A program made the translations under genes and the position numbers. 64,000 bases of DNA from Kiritimatiellia bacterium (GTDB taxonomy: Bacteria > Verrucomicrobiota > Kiritimatiellia > RFP12 > UBA1067): NCBI GenBank assembly GCA_050949565.1, contig JBMNFY010000001.1, forward strand, positions 128,001-192,000. Reading direction: 5' to 3'. This document shows, one piece after another, positions 60,832 through 64,000 of this stretch. Numbering within the stretch: position 1 is the stretch's first letter; every line of letters starts with the position of its first letter. The notes beneath the pieces are model-generated. The model saw nothing but the letters and a program-made list of their open reading frames with translations, had not been told where the DNA came from and did not search any database.

Positions 60832-61057
60832 TTAGTGCATTAGTGCATTAGTTTGCCCGGGAGCGCGCTACCCCCCAAAAGCCTCCTTGTTCTCTGTGCC
60901 TCTGTAAGAGAAAAACCCGAGCCCTGCCCCCAAAAAACAATCATGTTAATCATGTCAAAAAAAATCTGTGTCATCTGTGGATGTAATAAACCGCAGCCCT
61001 GCCCCAAAAAACTCTGCGTCTCTGCGCCTCTGCGTTAAATAAATCCGAGCAAGGCAG
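60832..61057. repeat. Second linker-separated microrepeat mosaic, in opposite orientation to 14906-15285
   Basis: Linkers AAAAACCCGAGCCCTGCCCCCAAAAAA (60911-60937) and AAACCGCAGCCCTGCCCCAAAAAA (60988-61011). They separate ctctgtg, aatcatgt, atctgtg and ctctgcg modules. Confidence 0.8.
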
Positions 61058-61843
61058 TCACGCATAGTTATGCATGCCGACAAAGAGGCGCGACAGGTTG
61101 ATCCAGGTCAGCGTCAGCACGATGAAGAGCAGGCCGGTCCAGAGCAACGCCGCCAGAACGCGCGGCGCGCGCACGCCGTGCGCCATGCGTTCATGGAAGT
61201 AGCCGGCGTAGACCAGCCACGCCGCGAGCGACCACATCTCTTTGGGGTCGAACTGCCAATAATGTCCCCAGCAAATTTTCCCCCACAGCGAACCGAGCAA
61301 CAATCCCAGCGTCAGCAGCACAAAGCCGATCGTTGCGGTTTGGCGTGAGGCTGTCTCCGTCTGGCGCAACAGATCGCTAGCGATGTCCCGTTTGAACAGC
61401 GGCAAGGCCATCAACGCGGCGCGCGCCATCAGGACATACCCGGCCACGTAGCTGCCGACATGCGGGATAAAGAGCGAGCTTTGCAGGGCCGGGGGCAGAC
61501 GCCGTACGTCTTCGCCGAACACAAAGCCGGCCGGTATGAGGATCAACACGCCCAGCAGTGCATCCTGTACGGTCGTGTCCAGCCCGTTATGTCGACGGCT
61601 CAAGACGGAAAGCGGCCAGAGCGCTGCCGCCATACATAGGAAAAACTCAAAGAGATTCTGCATCGGGGGATGGCCGGTATGGAGCCCGCGCCAGATGACC
61701 GATGCGACGGCCGCTACGAAGCCGGTTCCCCAGAAGGCGTTGCCGATGGTGCGCCAGCCGCCGCGTCGTGCGATGATGGTCGCCACAAAGAACACCAGCG
61801 TCAGGTAGATCAATCCGCCTTGTACGGTCATTTTCACCGTCAT
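61058..61843 (-). CDS. ccsA: Cytochrome c biogenesis heme ligase CcsA/ResC (system II)
   Basis: GHPPMQNLFE, LPPALQS....HV and the WWD-domain variant LGSLWGKICWGHYWQFDPKEMWSL..WL.Y..Y.H. Confidence 0.93.
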   Translation of the reverse strand: MTVKMTVQGGLIYLTLVFFVATIIARRGGWRTIGNAFWGTGFVAAVASVIWRGLHTGHPPMQNLFEFFLCMAAALWPLSVLSRRHNGLDTTVQDALLGVLILIPAGFVFGEDVRRLPPALQSSLFIPHVGSYVAGYVLMARAALMALPLFKRDIASDLLRQTETASRQTATIGFVLLTLGLLLGSLWGKICWGHYWQFDPKEMWSLAAWLVYAGYFHERMAHGVRAPRVLAALLWTGLLFIVLTLTWINLSRLFVGMHNYA

Positions 61844-62607
61844 GCTGGCTCCTCCCTCGGCGGTGTTCCCTGAATGCGGAAGATGCGCCAAGCATAGAAC
61901 AAGATACCGGCAAGCAGCAACGTGAAGCCGGCATATACCAACTTCAATCCTGGATCACGGATGAACTGCAACACCGTATAGACGACCGGCCGTCCCAGTT
62001 GATCCGTGCTGTGGCCCCAACTCATCTGATAGATGTGGTAGCCGCGCACAAAGGCCGGTTCATTGACACGTATGTTGACCACATAAGGCGCCTGTCCCGG
62101 CTCTGTGATCGTGACGCGGCTGCGGTACTCCCGTACCGGCGCGTTGCGCCCCGCATGACGGTCATCGCTGTTGCGCTCATAGCGTTCCACAAAAAAGCGC
62201 TCCAGGCGTACTGAGAAGGGGAGCTGGCCTACGTACTGATCAAGCATCGGCCCCTCCCATAGACGGTCCGACTCGTCGCCGTCGACCATCACCATTGAGC
62301 CGGTGCAGGGGCGCGCGGCTGTAGAGGTTCGGACTGCGTAGCGTCCCATCAACCATCCAGCCAGTACGCAGGCGCATCCGATGTGTAGCAACGCTGAATC
62401 GAAGCGGCGTCGCAGCACTGCGCGCACGCCGACAAAAAAGAAAACGAGCGTCAGAAGTGCGACACCGACCTGCATGACCGACCGCGCCATCCAAGCTCCG
62501 GCGCGCTCTGCGCCAATGAAAGCCAGCGCCACGGCCCCGAGTGCGAGTGCCCAGCACAGCCAAGCCGCAGGCGCGGGGCCGGTCCATCTGTTCAGGGCTT
62601 TTCTCAC
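61840..62607 (-). CDS. Short ResB/CcsB-like cytochrome c biogenesis protein
   Basis: LLHIG TM His, LPFSVRLERF, Y.SRV.I, IRVNEP...RGY.IYQMSW and DPG..LVY.GF motifs. Coupled to ccsA. Confidence 0.85.
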   Translation of the reverse strand: MRKALNRWTGPAPAAWLCWALALGAVALAFIGAERAGAWMARSVMQVGVALLTLVFFFVGVRAVLRRRFDSALLHIGCACVLAGWLMGRYAVRTSTAARPCTGSMVMVDGDESDRLWEGPMLDQYVGQLPFSVRLERFFVERYERNSDDRHAGRNAPVREYRSRVTITEPGQAPYVVNIRVNEPAFVRGYHIYQMSWGHSTDQLGRPVVYTVLQFIRDPGLKLVYAGFTLLLAGILFYAWRIFRIQGTPPREEPA

Positions 62608-63662
62608 GCTCGTTTTATCGCGTCGACCTCAATTTCCACAAGCAAGTCGTCGCGGCAGACATCGGCTTCGATCGTGATAAGTGGCAAGCGCTCCAAACAG
62701 TGTGTGCGCAACCACTCCTGCCACTCTGGCATGTAGGCGGCCTTCTTCAGGTACATGATTGCGCGCGTCACGTTGCGCCAGCCCATGCCGCGCGACGCCA
62801 GAATCGCCTCAGTCACATCCATCGTCAGTTGAATCTGACGCGGCACATCATTCACATGGGCTGTCGCGCCGCCCGGTTCGATACTGGCCGTGCCGGACAC
62901 CATCAGCGTGCGGCATTCCGGCGTACCGATCTCCACCGCCCGGCTGAACGAACTGCCGTACTCCAGCGCCGCACACTGCAAGGGCGAGGGGATCGGCTCT
63001 ACCGTCACCGCACTGGGTTGCCGCGGTTTGAGCGCGATGGCGCAGGCGGTGATCGCCGAACCGTACAGGTTAGCACTGCCGATGCCGGTGCTCGCGGGGA
63101 CGAGCCCGTCATAAACTGCACGCGATTTGAAAAATGCGTCGCGCGCGCGGTTGAACGGATCGTACCAGTCCAGGATGTTGTCCATGTAAAGCCATGTGCG
63201 CACGACGTCTGCGAAGGTCATGCCGGCATCTGAGAGCGCGTCTTCGATACCCTCGAAAACCGCCGTCGTCTGTGCTTCGCGTGACGCAGCCAGATCGGAC
63301 GGCAGCACGCCGGTGAGCAGACAATATTCGGCGAAATCATCTTGGTAAGCCACCCCAACGGCACGCCCGTGACGCCGGATGGTGCGCATCTCTACGCCGC
63401 TCGCCACATACCGCTGGTAGACCGGCGGCAGTTCGCCGTTGCCACCGCACAACCAGAGTTGTGGAACTGCGGGCTCCTTCGAGCAGACTGCTGCCTGCAA
63501 CAATTGCTCACGGCTGCCCCAACCGGTCTGCGAAATCGTACGTCCGCGCACAACCTGCGGCACACCGCGATCAACCGTCCAAACGCCCATCTCTTGGTGT
63601 CGTGCCACACCGCCGTAAAAAAGTCTCCGCATTGCGATTCCCTTTTCGTTTAGATATCCCAT
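62604..63662 (-). CDS. Tandem Rid/YjgF-fold protein, FkbO/Hyg5 chorismatase-like
   Basis: VRTWLY...I..WY..FN.AR..FF, PASTGIG, SFSRA, VSGTASI and ADVCRDDLLVEIE motifs. Confidence 0.8.
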   Translation of the reverse strand: MGYLNEKGIAMRRLFYGGVARHQEMGVWTVDRGVPQVVRGRTISQTGWGSREQLLQAAVCSKEPAVPQLWLCGGNGELPPVYQRYVASGVEMRTIRRHGRAVGVAYQDDFAEYCLLTGVLPSDLAASREAQTTAVFEGIEDALSDAGMTFADVVRTWLYMDNILDWYDPFNRARDAFFKSRAVYDGLVPASTGIGSANLYGSAITACAIALKPRQPSAVTVEPIPSPLQCAALEYGSSFSRAVEIGTPECRTLMVSGTASIEPGGATAHVNDVPRQIQLTMDVTEAILASRGMGWRNVTRAIMYLKKAAYMPEWQEWLRTHCLERLPLITIEADVCRDDLLVEIEVDAIKRA

Positions 63663-63671
63663 CCGTTGTTC

Positions 63672-63998
63672 TTAAAGCGATAGCACAAACTCCGCCAACG
63701 CATCAATCTCTTCGTCGGTCAGATTTTGTGTCGTGCCATGCTTGTCCTGCGGATTGCACTCTTTCAGAAGTTCCTGCAGGGTCAGTGCCCGGCCGTCGTA
63801 CAGATACGGTGCCGTGCGCCACACCTCGATCAGCGTGGGGGTGTCGAACTCACGTCCTTCCTCATTGCCGATCCCCAGCCCGAGGTTATACTTTTTGAGA
63901 TTGGTGTAGAGACGCTCCCCCTGCGGCCCGACCTTGTCGCCGGGGTGGCACTCTGCGCAACCGGCGCGCTTGAACAGGCGCTCGCCCTGCTTCGCCTT
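63672..63998 (-). CDS. C-terminal part of a MauG/CCP-like (HzsC-like) cytochrome c protein, truncated by the window edge
   Basis: Manual translation: AKQGERLFKRAGCAECHPG...FDTPTLIEVWRTAPYLYDGRALTLQELL...HGTTQNLTDEEIDALAEFVLSL*. Confidence 0.8.
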   Translation of the reverse strand, partial: KAKQGERLFKRAGCAECHPGDKVGPQGERLYTNLKKYNLGLGIGNEEGREFDTPTLIEVWRTAPYLYDGRALTLQELLKECNPQDKHGTTQNLTDEEIDALAEFVLSL

Positions 63999-64000
63999 GG

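Overview
This is a 64 kb, GC-rich bacterial window. Gene content and the style of the secreted proteins suggest a PVC-superphylum glycan degrader such as Kiritimatiellia or Lentisphaeria (inference). Housekeeping genes are uvrB, rpoD, tRNA-Arg(CCT), nrdD-nrdG with tandem NrdR boxes, paaK plus an ACT protein, an amidase and ccsA/resB. They are interspersed with secreted carbohydrate-active or adhesin-like genes: three Tat-type Gfo/Idh/MocA oxidoreductases, BNR/sialidase-fold proteins with an SSS transporter, an FG-GAP protein, GH127, LamG proteins and a BspA-type LRR protein. There is also a decaying toxin-antitoxin islet. The most unusual signals are five. (1) Intergenic mosaics of different 6-9 bp microrepeat modules joined by a conserved ~24 bp linker, which sit next to AT-richer cargo genes. 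(2) Two MITEs with target-site duplications that carry REP or microrepeat cargo. (3) A shared short C-terminal motif on three unrelated large secreted proteins, a candidate sorting signal. (4) Hydrazine-synthase-like heme proteins: an HzsA-like protein with a glycan-binding-type module, and a MauG/HzsC-like cytochrome c in an operon with a FkbO/Hyg5-like enzyme and cytochrome c maturation genes. (5) Single-base frameshifts in G/C runs, seen only in surface-protein genes. All family calls come from motif recognition by eye; no database search was run.
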